Of a stretch of 64,000 nucleotides of DNA, positions 63,941 to 64,000 are shown piece after piece (positions within the stretch are counted from its first letter, which is position 1; each line of letters begins with the position of its first letter). Both the position numbers and the translations under genes were made by a program. The notes beneath the pieces were generated by a model. The model made no database searches, was not told the DNA's origin, and worked only from the letters and a program-made list of their open reading frames with translations. Source of the DNA: an uncultured cyanobacterium (GTDB taxonomy: Bacteria > Cyanobacteriota > Cyanobacteriia > Cyanobacteriales > Cyanobacteriaceae). Location: NCBI GenBank assembly GCA_963710605.1, contig CAVQBA010000004.1:96001-160000 (forward strand), read 5' to 3'.

Positions 63941-64000
63941 ATGGATCAAGAACAAAAAATACGCCTTAATTTTCTCGATGAAGCACAAGATTGTTTAGAT
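63941..64000 (+). CDS. CheA-like histidine kinase, Hpt N-terminus (partial)
   Basis: MDQEQKIRLNFLDEAQDCLD (F..EA Hpt start) directly after the MCP. Confidence 0.8.
   Translation, partial: MDQEQKIRLNFLDEAQDCLD

Overview
Low-GC cyanobacterial chromosome segment (psbP/CyanoP, the rimO-crhR pair, abundant CGATCG/HIP1 sites and heptamer STRR repeats; a Cyanobacterium/Geminocystis-like origin is an inference). From left to right it holds: (1) an operon of at least 4 paralogous, highly acidic coiled-coil proteins, divergent from a sigma-like / DUF1822 / membrane CHAT-protease triad; (2) housekeeping genes (maf, psbP, icd, hemJ); (3) an ATPase-TPR pair and two toxin-antitoxin loci; (4) an N-terminally extended sedoheptulose-7-phosphate cyclase (MysA/DDGS-like) with no mysB/mysC nearby, followed by a glycosyltransferase-like gene; (5) tRNA-Asn, a site-2 protease, murQ, a DUF262 nuclease-like gene, crhR and rimO; (6) a purine uptake and catabolism island at about 37-51.6 kb (NCS2, guaD, porin, DMT, amidohydrolase, GntR, Rieske oxygenase, uraH, puuE, GGCT-like) sharing a recurring GTATACWGTATAC palindrome; (7) an aldo/keto reductase, slt, a PEP-CTERM protein, tldD and the start of a cheY-cheW-MCP-cheA taxis operon. 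Five genes carry single disruptions (2 frameshifts, 3 in-frame stops), at least some probably sequencing errors. Two unannotated microprotein ORFs and several MITE/REP-like elements were found by eye. No CRISPR array, rRNA, integrase or intact transposase was seen. All family calls come from motif recognition, not database searches.
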